Source: Macrostomum hystrix
Lineage: Eukaryota; Animalia; Platyhelminthes
Reading direction: 5' to 3'
Length of the DNA: 64,000 nucleotides
Assembly: GCA_950097015.1 (NCBI GenBank)
Contig: CATNEN010000001.1
Coordinates: forward strand, 19,468,001-19,532,000
Position 1 is the first letter of the stretch. The number at the start of each line of letters is the position of its first letter. The notes beneath the pieces are model-generated. The model saw nothing but the letters and a program-made list of their open reading frames with translations, made no database searches and was not told where the DNA came from. The translations under genes and the position numbers were made by a program. This document shows positions 1 through 14,200 of this stretch, one piece after another.

Positions 1-91
1 GAGACATGAGACAGGGGAGACATGAGACAGGGGAGACATGAGACAGGGGAGAGATGAGACAGGGGAGAGATGAGACAGGGGAGAGATGAGA
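1..91. repeat. 16-bp minisatellite (GAGATGAGACAGGGGA), same family as 12580-12908
   Basis: Direct periodicity of 16. Confidence 0.9.
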
Positions 92-816
92 CATTCAAGT
101 TGAGAAATTATAATTGGCAAGGTAATTAGCGAATTAAAATAGTCTAATATGAGAAGAAGAGGCGAGGAGGGGATAGGGGAGGAGAGGAGAAGAGAGGAGA
201 GTTGTTGAAAAAGAGAGGATAGATAAGTGAAAGTTGCAGACGAGTCTGGGCAGAAATTACTAAGATTAGGCGGTAAAAGAGAGTGAAAAAAACATTGAAA
301 ATGCTATTTAAAAAAGAGGACAACTTATAAAAATAAATAGTCAGTGATTATTATTGAAAGCCATAAGCTTAGTTTGAGTAAAGCTACAGGCAAGCCCACA
401 CACACACATACGGATAGCAAACACAATCTTAGCAGGTAAACACGGCATGCAATATAATTTTGGATCTCCTTGTGAATCTGTTGCAAATAAAAAATCACAG
501 TTATTGGAGTAAGAGAGGAGTGACTTGCTGTTTTAGAAGACAGCATTAGATAAGAACAGACAAGGCCGATTCAATGAACTCTGGCGGTGGGCTAAACTGA
601 CTAACTAAACTTGGTCAGTGTGTTAGATAAGTTGTGCTCACAGTGTGCTCAAACTTGTCACAAATGAGCATCTATCTAGCATATCAGTTTAGAGTCAGAG
701 CTTTTCAAATATGTACGCCATTTTTTGCTTGACTGCACAAATTTAATTGTCCCACATTCCCGAGTGTAACAATTTACGTTTTTAAATTCACGTTTGAGCT
801 CTTGTAAATAGAAATG

Positions 817-2027
817 GACTAGCAATCCATTCTACATATGCTCCATTCACAGACTGGTATTGTATGTACAGATGGCATAGACTAGCAATCCATTCTACAT
901 ATGCTCCATTCATAGACTGGTATTGTATGTACAGATGGCATAGACTAGCAATCCATTCTACATATGCTCCATTCACAGACTGGTATTGTATGTACAGATG
1001 GCATAGACTAGCAATCCATTCTACATATGCTCCATTCATAGACTGGTATTGTATGTACAGATGGCATAGACTAGCAATCCATTCTACATATGCTCCATTC
1101 ACAGACTGGTATTGTATGTACAGATGGCATAGACTAGCAATCCATTCTACATATGCTCCATTCACAGACTGGTATTGTATGTACAGATGGCATAGACTAG
1201 CAATCCATTCTACATATGCTCCATTCACAGACTGGTATTGTATGTACAGATGGCATAGACTAGCAATCCATTCTACATATGCTCCATTCATAGACTGGTA
1301 TTGTATGTACAGATGGCATAGACTAGCAATCCATTCTACATATGCTCCATTCACAGACTGGTATTGTATGTACAGATGGCATAGACTAGCAATCCATTCT
1401 GCATATGCTCCATTCACAGACTGGTATTGTATGTACAGATGGCATAGACTAGCAATCCATTCTACATATGCTCCATTCACAGACTGGTATTGTATGTACA
1501 GATGGCATAGACTAGCAATCCATTCTACATATGCTCCATTCAAAGACTGCTATTGTATGTACAGATGGCATAGACTAGCAATCCATTCTACATATGCTCC
1601 ATTCACAGACTGGTATTGTATGTACAGATGGCATAGTCTAGCAATCCATTCTACATATGCTCCATTCACAGACTGGTATTGTATGTACAGATGGCATAGA
1701 CTAGCAATCCATTCTACATATGCTCCATTCACAGACTGGTATTGTATGTACCGATGGCATAGACTAGCAATCCATTCTACATATGCTCCATTCACAGACT
1801 GGTATTGTATGTACAGATGGCATAGACTAGCAATCCATTCTACATATGCTCCATTCACAGACTGGTATTGTATGTACAGATGGCATAGTCTAGCAATCCA
1901 TTCTACATATGCTCCATTCACAGACTGGTATTGTATGTACAGATGGCATAGACTAGCAATCCATTCTATATATGCTCCATTCACAGACTGGTATTGCATG
2001 TACAGATGGCATAGACTAGCAATCCAT
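817..2027. repeat. 63-bp tandem repeat, about 19 copies, intronic
   Basis: Unit GACTAGCAATCCATTCTACATATGCTCCATTCACAGACTGGTATTGTATGTACAGATGGCATA, near-identical copies. Confidence 0.97.
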
Positions 2028-2064
2028 ATTTCAGCAGTGCCGGCAGGACCCGTGAGGAACTCAC

Positions 2065-2260
2065 CAGTGGGAATGACATCCTTCTCCCTGCCCTGCCTGT
2101 CCCGCTGAGTCGGGTGTTGAATCTCCACTGGTAGGTACTGGCCGTTCTCGCTTAGCTCTTGAATGCACAGCCAGAGCTCAACCCTGCGGCAGTACTCGGA
2201 CCAATTGTCGCCGATTCGCTCGCCACGAATCTCCGCTCCGTTGCTGCGGTTGCCGTACAC
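2065..2260 (-). CDS. KIF13: KIF13 exon 10
   Basis: VYGNR...[28 protein letters not shown]...DVIPTG; CAG acceptor, GTGAGT donor. Confidence 0.85.
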
Positions 2261-5200
2261 CTGCACAGGTGGAATAGTTTCTGATGTAAACTGCTGTCAT
2301 TCTGCAAAACACTCATGATTTAATTAACTGTTTATATCTTATAGTCATTATCCTATGGCAGTAATCCCATGTCAATTATCCAATTGTAATTTTCTTATCG
2401 CAAGGTATATATCCCTTGGCATTATCCCATGGTAAACATACCGTAGTCATTATTATATAGTCGATATCCTATAAAATCCCATAGTCAGTATCCCAAGGCT
2501 GTCATCCCATGTCAATTTCCCCATAGCTGTTATCCCATGCCAATTATCCCATGCCAATTATCTCATGCCAATAATCCCATAGCTGTTATCCCATGCCAAT
2601 TATCCCATGCCAATTATCCCATGCCAATTATCCCATGCCAATTATCCCACGCCAATTATCCCATGCCATTTATCCCATGCCATTTATCTACAAATGCTTC
2701 ATTCACAGACTGACATCCCATAGATGTTATCCCATGCTAAATATTCCATGTCATCATCCCAGACAGCATCCCATCATTATCCAACACAGATCCTCATATC
2801 CCATAAGCTGCCAGCGGACAGACCTGCACAGCCAGCGAGCCGTCGGCGGCGAACTCCAGAAACTCGTCATTGACAAAAACATCGAACTGGGCCTCGTGAT
2901 CGAAGGCGATCTGGTCTGGCGGTTGACCGCCGCCGTTACCGCCGCCGCCGCCGCCAGCGGATGAGCCACCGAAATTGCCCTCCGACATGACAGGCGGCAC
3001 CACCTGTGGCGCGGACATGCCCCACAGCTGGTATTGGACATAGACGAAATGTGACAACTCCTTTGGCAGAGCCTTGGCGCTGCGGATGCACACCTTCAGG
3101 GTGACCTGCTGACCGGCCTCGAACCTGCCGGCCACTTTGGCCAGCCGGATGTGCAGCTTGCCCGCGATCTCACCCTGCGTGTTGATCACCGGCACATTGT
3201 AGTCCAACGGGGCGTCAAAGAACAGTGGCGACAGGAACACGTGCGCCACTCCAATCAGGTCGTGCTGCTCGTGATGATCGCGGAACACCATCGAGGCCGA
3301 GTCGCCGGCATCGCTGCCAGAGGCGAACTCGTGATAGGCTTCGCGCATGTCAACCAGGCGATTCTCGAACTTGTCCAGACTCCACGTGGCCAGGACCACT
3401 CCGACGCTGTCCGTATCGCCGAGCGGCGCCTCGGACAGCTGGATGGCCGGCTCCGTGGCGATGTGCCGCCTGATGAGGTTGTGGGCGGGGATCTGCAGGG
3501 TGACGCTGTACTCAACACCCGCGCCCAACTCGGCCGAGAGGAAGTTGGCCTCGCGCACCAGGGCGTTGGCTCTGGCCAGCTGGTCCTTCAGCCGGCTGAG
3601 GTTCAACTGCTGCGCCTTCAGCTGCGACTCCTGGCCATTGTCCGGGCCGGACACTCCGCCACCGCCGACGCCGCTGCCGACGCCCAGGAATCCTGTTGAA
3701 CTGTCCTGCGACATCATCATCATAGGCGGACAGTAGTTTGGCGTCGCCGGTGACAAGATGCTGCTGAAGTTCTTCAATAGGCCTTCGTACATCTGTTTCT
3801 GACGGGCGAGAGCCTCTGCGAGATTTAGGGAACGAGAAACTCCATTGGTTAGGCTGGTGAGTGGCAGAGGGGTCTAACGCGTTTGCCTCTCGCACCACGG
3901 TCCCTCAGCTCGATTCCGCGGCGAAGCCACATTGATTTGGGGCGCAGCCGCGGAGAGAAGGCTTGGGGGCTTGTCGTGCAATTTACACTGCCTGACGATG
4001 AGAAAGTCAGGGCAGATGTACACACCTGTGTGCGTGAGTGCTCAGGAGTCTGCGTTGGCTGCGGGTCTAGTGTCACCAAATGATGTGCCACTGCCCGCAG
4101 CCCTACCGATTTTGACATTTTCATTTACATTCTTTACAATTTCACCTAGGAAATCTCAAATTATAAGAGAATCGAGTGCAATTTCTAAGAAATAAAATCT
4201 ATACACAGGACTATCGGACATTGCGTGTTTATGTGCCGTGACCAGGCAATTAATTGACCTACGCCAGGAAGAACTAAGAAAGGCCTATGAGCGAGCTGAG
4301 GAGGGACATTGTCAGACAGACATCAAACTGCCCAGCAATTCTGCCAGAACTCGATTTCACTCTCATTTCTCCCAACTTCCCCCCCAGACAGCTCTCATCC
4401 TCGCCATCCAGTTCAGTGCAGAAAACAAATTGCCTATCTCCAAGGACTGTTCCCTCCCCAGTCGAGGAGCCAACTCTACTCTCGATTGCCAGCAGCAGCA
4501 GCAGCAGCAGCCGTCGCTCGCATTAGGACACAAATTTTCAATGCATGACTGGAAAGACAAGAGGCTGCAGTCTTTTGAGGGTCCCAAAGGAAGGCTGGCG
4601 ATGGGCAACGGGATAGAAGGGAAAGGCAAGACGAGAATAGGACACACACAGGAGACAGAATGGCTAAAGGCGGCAGGGAGGGACTTGTTCTGAGATGTAG
4701 GGGAAATATTCTTTCCTAGGGGGGTTAGAGTCAGCTTGTCTCAGATTGGGAGCAAAAAGCACAGACGGTAAAGGACGAGGGGATCATAGAAGTGAGTTCA
4801 GGGAAATTAGAGTTTATTTTTATTTTTGTTTGAATTTCAATAAATTAATTATAAAAAAACTGACCGACAGACAGACAAACAGACTGTAGGGGAACTGTAT
4901 CGCATATTGAGATCATGCACTGATGAGCAAATAAAACAACAGATGCATACGTGAGTGAGTGGGAGTGAGTGTGCCGGATACAGACAGACTGGCAGGGCAG
5001 AGCTGTGTCAGAGAGGACTGTCGGATTGCTCTCAAGTCTGATATAAACAGAGCAGCGATCCGATTGATTGAGCACTGACAGGCTGAGGAGCTAGTTGAGT
5101 CAACACTCAGAAATCAATGCACTCTCATTCCATATTTAAAAGTTCACCCACAGTACTATAATATTATTAAGCAGTATTATAGGGTATCGAATTTCGAATG

Positions 5201-8200
5201 GTTTGCACTTTGTCAATTTAGCGATAATGCTGTTGTTATGTTTCTTTAATGTGCAGATCGGGTTTCATGGCTTAGAAACTATTTGGCAGATTGAGTGACT
5301 AGGGCCGGGAGCTCAAAATGAGCAGCAGCAGCAGCAAAACTCTTTCTTTCCCGGCCCTACTGTAGCCATCTGTTAACCCCACTAACGCCAAAAGAGAAAG
5401 AAAATTATTGATCGAAAATTGTTACGCCTTGAGAATGGCAGAGAGAATGGCCCAGCTGTCTGGTCTCCAGGCCTCCCAACACGGACAGACAAGCTGAAAG
5501 AAGATTTTAGCTAAATCCGGATTAAATCTGGTCCAACGGAGGCGCAAATTCTAAGAAACTTTGGCTTTAGAATCTGCCTTGTGCTATACAACATAATGAG
5601 CCTTGTGTGTCAGGACTGTGAGCATACTACAGACCTGGACAAGGCGAAGATTTACAAGATGGACAACAGCAGACGGGCCATTGCTAATCACTATGCAAAT
5701 AGAAACTATAATCAGGCCTTGATCAGTTGGACGGCATTTTCAGGTCTTTCAGTCTGCGATCGCTGATAGAACTTCGGGTCTTTTAGTTGGCAACTGACTA
5801 TAAAAACTTCACAGGTTTCGGATAACTTTCATTTCAAAAGTTTCATAAACTTCAACTTATGAAACTTTTTTAGATAGAAAGTTTCAGGGTTTCATTTGTT
5901 GTTTCATTAGGTGTTTAAAATAAAAGCTGTTTAATAAGCTAGTTTCCTTGAAAACAACAGGTGTTTCAATAGCTAGCTTCATTGAAAACTTCAGGTGTTT
6001 CATATGGCTAGTTTTCTTAAGAACTTCAGGTGTTTCATTAGCTAGTTTATTAAAAAACCTCAGGTGCTTCATCAGTTAGTTTATTTAACAACTTCAGGTA
6101 CTTCATCAGTTAGTTTATTTAACAACTTCAGGTACTTCATTAGCTAGTTTGTTTAACAACTTCAGGTGATTCATTAGCTAGTTTGTTTAACAACTTCAGG
6201 TGATTCATTAGCTAGGTTCGTTAACGACTTCAGGTGATTCATTAGCTAGGTTCGTTAACAACTTCAGGTGTTTCATTAGCTAGGTTCGTTAACAACTTCA
6301 GGTGATTCATTAGCTAGGTTCGTTAACAACTTCAGGTGTTTTATTAGCTAGGTTCGTTAACAACTTCAGGTGATTCATTAGCTAGGTTCGTTAACAACTT
6401 CAGGTGTTTCATTAGCTAGGTTCGTTAACGACTTCAGGTGTTTCATTAGCTAGGTTCGTTAACAACTTCAGGTGATTCATTAGCTAGGTTCGTTAACAAC
6501 TTCAGGTGTTTCATTAGCTAGGTTCGTTAACGACTTCAGGTGTTTCATTAGCTAGGTTCGTTAACAACTTCAGGTGATTCATTAGCTAGGTTCGTTAACG
6601 ACTTCAGGTGTTTCATTAGCTAGGTTCGTTAACGACTTCAGGTGTTTCATTAGCTAGGTTCGTTAACAACTTCAGGTGTTTCATTAGCTAGGTTCGTTAA
6701 CAACTTCAGGTGATTCATTAGCTAGGTTCGTTAACGACTTCAGGTGATTCATTAGCTAGGTTCGTTAACAACTTCAGGTGATTCATTAGCTAGGTTCGTT
6801 AACAACTTCAGGTGATTCATTAGCTAGTTTGTTTAACAACTTCAGGTGATTCATTAGCTAGTTTGTTTAACAACTTCAGGTGATTCATTAGCTAGTTTGT
6901 TTAACAACTTCAGGTGATTCATTAGCTAGTTTGTTTAACAACTTCAGGTATTTCATTAGCTAGTTTGTTTAACAACTTCAGGTGATTCATTAGCTAGTTT
7001 GTTTAACAGCTTCAGGTGATTCATTAGCTAGGTTCGTTAACAACTTCAGGTGATTCATTAGCTAGGTTCGTTAACGACTTCAGGTGTTTCATTAGCTAGG
7101 TTCGTTAACGACTTCAGGTGTTTCATTAGCTAGGTTCGTTAACAACTTCAGGTGTTTCATTAGCTAGGTTCGTTAACAACTTCAGGTGATTCATTAGCTA
7201 GGTTCGTTAACGACTTCAGGTGATTCATTAGCTAGGTTCGTTAACAACTTCAGGTGATTCATTAGCTAGGTTCGTTAACAACTTCAGGTGATTCATTAGC
7301 TAGTTTGTTTAACAACTTCAGGTGATTCATTAGCTAGTTTGTTTAACAACTTCAGGTGATTCATTAGCTAGTTTGTTTAACAACTTCAGGTGATTCATTA
7401 GCTAGTTTGTTTAACAACTTCAGGTGATTCATTAGCTAGTTTGTTTAACAACTTCAGGTGATTCATTAGCTAGTTTGTTTAACAACTTCAGGTATTTCAT
7501 TAGCTAGTTTGTTTAACAACTTCAGGTGATTCATTAGCTAGGTTCGTTAACAACTTCAGGTGATTCATTAGCTAGGTTCGTTAACAACTTCAGGTGATTC
7601 ATTAGCTAGGTTCGTTAACGACTTCAGGTGATTCATTAGCTAGGTTCGTTAACAACTTCAGGTGATTCATTAGCTAGGTTCGTTAACGACTTCAGGTGTT
7701 TCATTAGCTAGGTTCGTTAACAACTTCAGGTGATTCATTAGCTAGGTTCGTTAACGACTTCAGGTGTTTCATTAGCTAGGTTCGTTAACAACTTCAGGTG
7801 TTTCATTAGCTAGGTTTGTTAACAACTTCAGGTGATTCATTAGCTAGGTTCGTTAACGACTTCAGGTGTTTCATTAGCTAGGTTCGTTAACAACTTCAGG
7901 TGTTTCATTAGCTAGGTTCGTTAACAACTTCAGGTGATTCATTAGCTAGGTTCGTTAACGACTTCAGGTGTTTCATTAGCTAGGTTCGTTAACGACTTCA
8001 GGTGTTTCATTAGCTAGGTTCGTTAACGACTTCAGGTGATTCATTAGCTAGGTTCGTTAACGACTTCAGGTGTTTCATTAGCTAGGTTCGTTAACGACTT
8101 CAGGTGATTCATTAGCTAGGTTCGTTAACGACTTCAGGTGTTTCATTAGCTAGGTTCGTTAACGACTTCAGGTGTTTCATTAGCTAGGTTCGTCAACAAC

Positions 8201-11200
8201 TTCAGTTGATTCAGATAGCAGTTTTTAAAGAACTACAGGTATTTCAGATAGAATTTTTTCCCAAGAACTTCAGGTGCTTCAGATAGCTGTTTTGTTAAGA
8301 ACATAAGGTATTTTAAATTCTATCTACCATATAAACTAAGGATTTTGAGACTGCACGTTTTTTAAGAAAAACTCGTATATCTGAATATTCTGGATACTTT
8401 GAAGTACACGAGTACACATGGTGTTTAGGGGGCTTATCTGTCTGCTTGAGTTTCGACTCGGGTTTTTCAGATAATTAGCCAGACAGTGAGGCTGAGAAGC
8501 CCGTCTGTCCTTTTAAGCATCAGACGCTCTCTCCATCATCTGAGCAGTCGGCTCTTGACTCGTTGAAGAGCCCCGGCCCCCTTTAGTGAGGTGCTAGCCA
8601 ATGTTCGGACCACAGGGCAGTTGTAGGAAAAGCCAAACACTAATGCCAAGCTAAGGCTATATAGAGCGAGCTGAAGCAAAAAACTTCTAGCTATTTCTGC
8701 TTTTCGCTGTTCCTCAGAATCAATGATTCATAACCAACGACCATCTATAGTTATCAATCTATAAACACACCATCCTATATAGACAGATAGACAGTAAAAC
8801 AAATATACAGGCCTAGCAATACACTAGGCTAGTGACAGCTCGTCTGGAGCTTAAAGCGTATATATATATATGGATAAAGTAAACAGGTGGAAAATAAACT
8901 ACCAATATGCTAAAAACTTGGGAAAATGAACTTTTGTGAGACGGGAAAAAAGTTAGGTTTATATTCAAGCTTCAGGTCCTTCAGTTAGTCAATACTCTAA
9001 AGCTTCAGGTCCTTCAGTTAGTCAATACCCTAAAGCTTCAGGTCCTTCAGTTTGTCAATACCCTAAAGCTTCAGGTCCTTCAGTTAGTCAATACCCTAAA
9101 GCTTCAGGTCCTTCAGTTAGTCAATACTCTAAAGCTTCAGGTCCTTCAGTTAGTCAATACCCTAAAGCTTCAGGTCCTTCAGTTAGTCAATACTCTAAAG
9201 CTTCAGGTCCTTCAGTTAGTCAATACCCTAAAGCTTCAGGTCCTTCAGTTAGTCAATACCCTAAAGCTTCAGGTCCTTCAGTTTGTCAATACTCTAAAGC
9301 TTCAGGTCCTTCAGTTAGTCAATACCCTAAAGCTTCAGGTCCTTCAGTTAGTCAATACTCTAAAGCTTCAGGTCCTTCAGTTAGTCAATACTCTAAAGCT
9401 TCAGGTCCTTCAGTTAGTCAATACCCTAAAGCTTCAGGTCCTTCAGTTTGTCAATACCCTAAAGCTTCAGGTCCTTCAGTTAGTCAATACCCTAAAGCTT
9501 CAGGTCCTTCAGTTAGTCAATACTCTAAAGCTTCAGGTCCTTCAGTTAGTCAATACCCTAAAGCTTCAGGTCCTTCAGTTAGTCAATACTCTAAAGCTTC
9601 AGGTCCTTCAGTTAGTCAATACCCTAAAGCTTCAGGTCCTTCAGTTAGTCAATACTCTAAAGCTTCAGGTCCTTCAGTTTGTCAATACTCTAAAGCTTCA
9701 GGTCCTTCAGTTAGTCAATACTCTAAAGCTTCAGGTCCTTCAGTTTGTCAATACTCTAAAGCTTCAGGTCCTTCAGTTAGTCAATACTCTAAAGCTTCAG
9801 GTCCTTCAGTTTGTCAATACTCTAAAGCTTCAGGTCCTTCAGTTAGTCAATACTCTAAAGCTTCAGGTCCTTCAGTTAGTCAATACTCTAAAGCTTCAGG
9901 TCCTTCAGTTAGTCAATACTCTAAAGCTTCAGGTCCTTCAGTTTGTCAATACTCTAAAGCTTCAGGTCCTTCAGTTTGTCAATACTCTAAAGCTTCAGGT
10001 CCTTCAGTTAGTCAATACCCTAAAGCTTCAGGTCCTTCAGTTTGTCAATACTCTAAAGCTTCAGGTCCTTCAGTTAGTCAATACTCTAAAGCTTCAGGTC
10101 CTTCAGTTAGTCAATACTCTAAAGCTTCAGGTCCTTCAGTTTGTCAATACTCTAAAGCTTCAGGTCCTTCAGTTAGTCAATACTCTAAAGCTTCAGGTCC
10201 TTCAGTTAGTCAATACCCTAAAGCTTCAGGTCCTTCAGTTTGTCAATACTCTAAAGCTTCAGGTCCTTCAGTTTGTCAATACTCTAAAGCTTCAGGTCCT
10301 TCAGTTAGTCAATACTCTAAAGCTTCAGGTCCTTCAGTTAGTCAATACCCTAAAGCTTTAGGTCCTTCAGTTAGTCAATACCCTAAAGCTTCAGGTCCTT
10401 CAGTTTGTCAATACCCTAAAGCTTCAGGTCCTTCAGTTAGTCAATACTCTAAAGCTTCATGTCCTTCAGTTAGTCAATACTCTAAAGCTTCATGTCCTTC
10501 AGTTAGTCAATACTCTAAAGCTTCAGGTCCTTCAGTTAGTCAATACTCTAAAGCTTCAGGTCCTTCAGTTTGTCAATACCCTAAAGCTTCAGGTCCTTCA
10601 GTTAGTCAATACCCTAAAGCTTCATGTCCTTCAGTTAGTCAATACTCTAAAGCTTCAGGTCCTTTAGTTTGTCAATACCCTAAAGCTTCAGGTCCTTCAG
10701 TTAGTCAATACTCTAAAGCTTCAGGTCCTTCAGCATTAATTAGCTGAACAATCGAATGAAACTCAGCATCAGAGACACAGAGAATTAGTTATAAAGATTA
10801 GACAAACTCAAGCAAACACAAAGATCCAGACAGACTGACAGACAGGCAGAAAAAGTGGGAATGCAAATTGAAACAGACTAATAAAAACAGCGCGGATCGT
10901 TATTCTGGTGAATAGAAAATGAGATTTAGGACCAAACTGGCAGTTGGCTATTGAGCGATCCGACAGAGCACACAGGAATGAATGAGCAGCGGAACTTGTT
11001 CAGCTAGCCCCGGGGTCCCGCGTCCGCGCCCGGGGCCTTCGAGTGACAGAAATAAAGAGAGAGAATGAAAGGCAGCAGGAGGAAAAATAGGAGAGCGGCA
11101 GATTGGGGGGTGCAGATCGAACCGGGGGTTGGTTGGGGAGGGGATAAATCTCCCATGGGATCAGGGATCTGGGCGAGAATCTATTCGGTCAAAAAAGAAA

Positions 11201-14200
11201 CTCTATTTTGCCTAGCGACGAAATTTTGCTGGTTCTAAGTTATTCTCTCTCTCTTTCGCAAGCCAAAAGGCAAATAGAGTGAGTGAAAGAGAGGTCAAAA
11301 TAAGGTAATTTTTCTCTCTCTAGCAGCAAATCATTGAGCCAGCAGCGAAAGATGGAGCGAATGGCTAAGCGAGACCGAAGAGGCGAGGCATTTTCCCTGG
11401 CGGCACTGGAGGATGTCAGTCAGTTTTTTTAGGCGCTAAAAGGGAGGATTTGCACAGTGGGGTGGGAAGGGGAAAATTTTCCCCATGGGAAATGAGAACA
11501 AAAACACTGCCGAGATAAGAGAACTTAATATTTTATTTAGTTACAAAATAGAGATAGAGACGCTACCTTCTTTGTCAGTCTCGTATCGCTTCTCCAAGGC
11601 TTCCATGGCCAGCCGCAGCGACTCGGAGGAGGTGCCGTTGAGCGCCACCTCGGCTTGGGCATCGGCGTAATCAAAATTTGGTGTCTCGTCTGCAAGTATG
11701 CAAGTGGGAATGGGATGAAACACCTGTTTTGGGGTAAACTACAGGTGATTATATATAAACTGTCTTAAAGTCTAACGACTAGAAATATCAGTCGCAATAT
11801 GTATGGCCCTAATAAAAACGTTCACAATATATTTGCTTTTTGCTTAGATTCGTCACAATCTAGCGACCCTTAGATCCACAGATTCCGAAATCTAGACACA
11901 ATGAGATCTACAGTTCATAATATCTAGAAACCGTAATTTTTCGCGACTAAGAAATCGAGAGACCCAAAGAACTAAATATCATAATTTCTGAAGACATTTA
12001 TTTCTATAAACCAAAGGATCTATAGACCAAGAGATTTAGAGACCAAGAGATTTAGAAACCATAAGATCGAGAGACAATAAGATCTAGAGACCATACCATC
12101 TAGAGACCACAAGATCTAAAGACCATGGGATGTTGAGACCAAGAAATCTAGAGACCAAGAGATCTAGAGACCAAGAGATCTAGAGATCCTAATATAAAAA
12201 ATCTAAGGATAGAACATAAAAACAAATTAAAAGCAATCTTTCACACGCATGTTCCAGCAAAAAAAGTAGGCCCAACTTACGCGCAGCACTGACCGCCATC
12301 TTGGGATGATTGATTCGAAAGTAATGATGATTGCCCCACAGGATGCGATCGCCGTGTCTAGCCTTGGTTGGCGCGCTAATCTCGCAGCCGTTTAGTAAAG
12401 TTCTGCGGGCAATTAAAAGGGTTGGGTGCTAGGAGGGTACATTGGTAATTAGGGCTAGTTTAGAGTTGGGGAATTCTACATACCACGACTGGCCAAAGAA
12501 TAAATTCAAAACTCGGCAGCGTGGCGCATGGAATGTGCAAATTCAATACAGTTCAGTTAATTTAGCGACAAGAGGGAGGTGAGACAGCGAAGAGATGAGA
12601 AACGGTAGACGAGACAGTGGAGAGATGAGACAGGGGAGAGATGAGACAAAGGGAGAGATGAGACAAAGGGAGAGATGAGACAGGGGAGAGATGAGACAGG
12701 GGAGAGATGAGACAGGGGAGAGATGAGACAGGGGAGAGATGAGACAGGGGAGAGATGAGTTAGGGGAGAGATGAGACAGGGGAGAGATGAGACAGGGGAG
12801 AGATGAGACAGGGAGAGATGGGAGGGATGAGACAGGGGAGAGATGGGAGAGATGAGACAGGCGAGAGATGGGAGGTATGAGACAGGGGAGAGATGGGAGA
12901 GATGAGACACAAGAGTTAGAAGGGGTCAGGCCTGTATTTCGAAGCTTCGAGAGCCGCATCTGGTCCGCGGGCCCGATGTTTTTGACCCCAGTTGCAAGTT
13001 CAAGACCTGCTGCCTTATCTTAGGTGCCAGCTCACCTGGCGTTAGGCTGAGGCACAATCAGCACGTCGTCATTGGTGACAGTGATGACGCAGTGCTCAGG
13101 TTTAATACCCAGACCGTTTAGCTGAATGTCCTGCTGCTCACCGCAGCCAATGCAGGTTCGCTCCTGGAGTATGGGGTGGGTGAATGGAAGGTGGCGAAAT
13201 GTATTTTTAAGGACTGCTTTTATTAATTATCTTATCGACCATTTATAATGGCATTTTTTTATTAAAGGCTGTGAGGAATGGCACATCATTTGGTGACACT
13301 AGACCCGCAGCCAGCGAGGAGGCAATTCTGCCCATTTCGCTGACTCCTGAGCACACACGCACACAGATACCGTACGCAGGCGCACGCTCACACAGGTGTG
13401 TACGTCTGCCCTGACTTTCCCGTCGTCAGGCAGTGTCACTGCGCCACTGGAGGTTGGCCCCAAGCCTTCTCTCCGCGGCTGCGCCCTAAATGAATGTGGC
13501 CTCGCCGCGGAATCGAGCTCAGGGACTATGACGCCTGTGACACTCGAATGAGCATTTTCTAGCGACTCATTTTATAGAACAGTTTCAAAAGTCTGCGAGT
13601 ATATTTTCTGTTAATATACAAAATTAGTTTCTGGATAGGTAAATATTTTTTCGCGGTTCATTTCAGAGAAAGACAGACTTGGAAAAGAAAATTGGACCTT
13701 TCATTTTATAAATAAGCAATAGAGACAGACATACAGGGGGCTTGTTTGCTTAATTAAGGAGAGCATTTCCAACACCACCTGGACTGCTATATATAGACCC
13801 TGGAATTCGGAATTCGCGAAGGCGTTAGACGGGCGCGTGATTATTAATGCTCATGCTATGCCATTGGCAGCAGCCCAAACTAATTCACTGCACTCCGAAT
13901 GACAAGACTCACAATATTTACTTAGGCCTATGAACTAGTGTGGACTTTACCCATGACACTTCCTGTCGAAATTAATAGAATTAATGAAAAGCTAGCTTAT
14001 AATGACTTATAATGGCGAAAATTTTAGAAGTCAAGATCTGCACTATTCTACAATAGAATATTTAGTGCATACGTCATAAATTTCACAGTACACCGTTCCA
14101 TAAAAAAGTAATACATGAATCCATAAAAACCATAAATCCCACGACCAATCCATCATCTGTTCCCTCCAAAAAATCTTCCTATCCATCGAAATATAACACT

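Noticed and set aside
788-2108. Long ORFs of 21-aa repeats on both strands
   Set aside because: By-product of a stop-poor 63-bp unit inside a KIF13 intron; no unique coding context
3988-4020. CTGACGA...GAAA hammerhead-like core in the dispersed repeat
   Set aside because: Only 3 nt separate the boxes, so there is no stem II; the third copy has GAAG; a simple hairpin explains it
5300-5359. 11-bp inverted repeat TAGGGCCGGGA around 38 bp, possible mini-hAT
   Set aside because: No 8-bp TSD and too short to call
5985-10733. CRISPR-like arrays of 33-34-bp repeats
   Set aside because: Head-to-tail repeats with no unique spacers, no cas genes, eukaryotic intron
5985-10733. Repeated CTTCAG|GT as recursive splice sites
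   Set aside because: The motif is on the + strand, antisense to the KIF13 pre-mRNA
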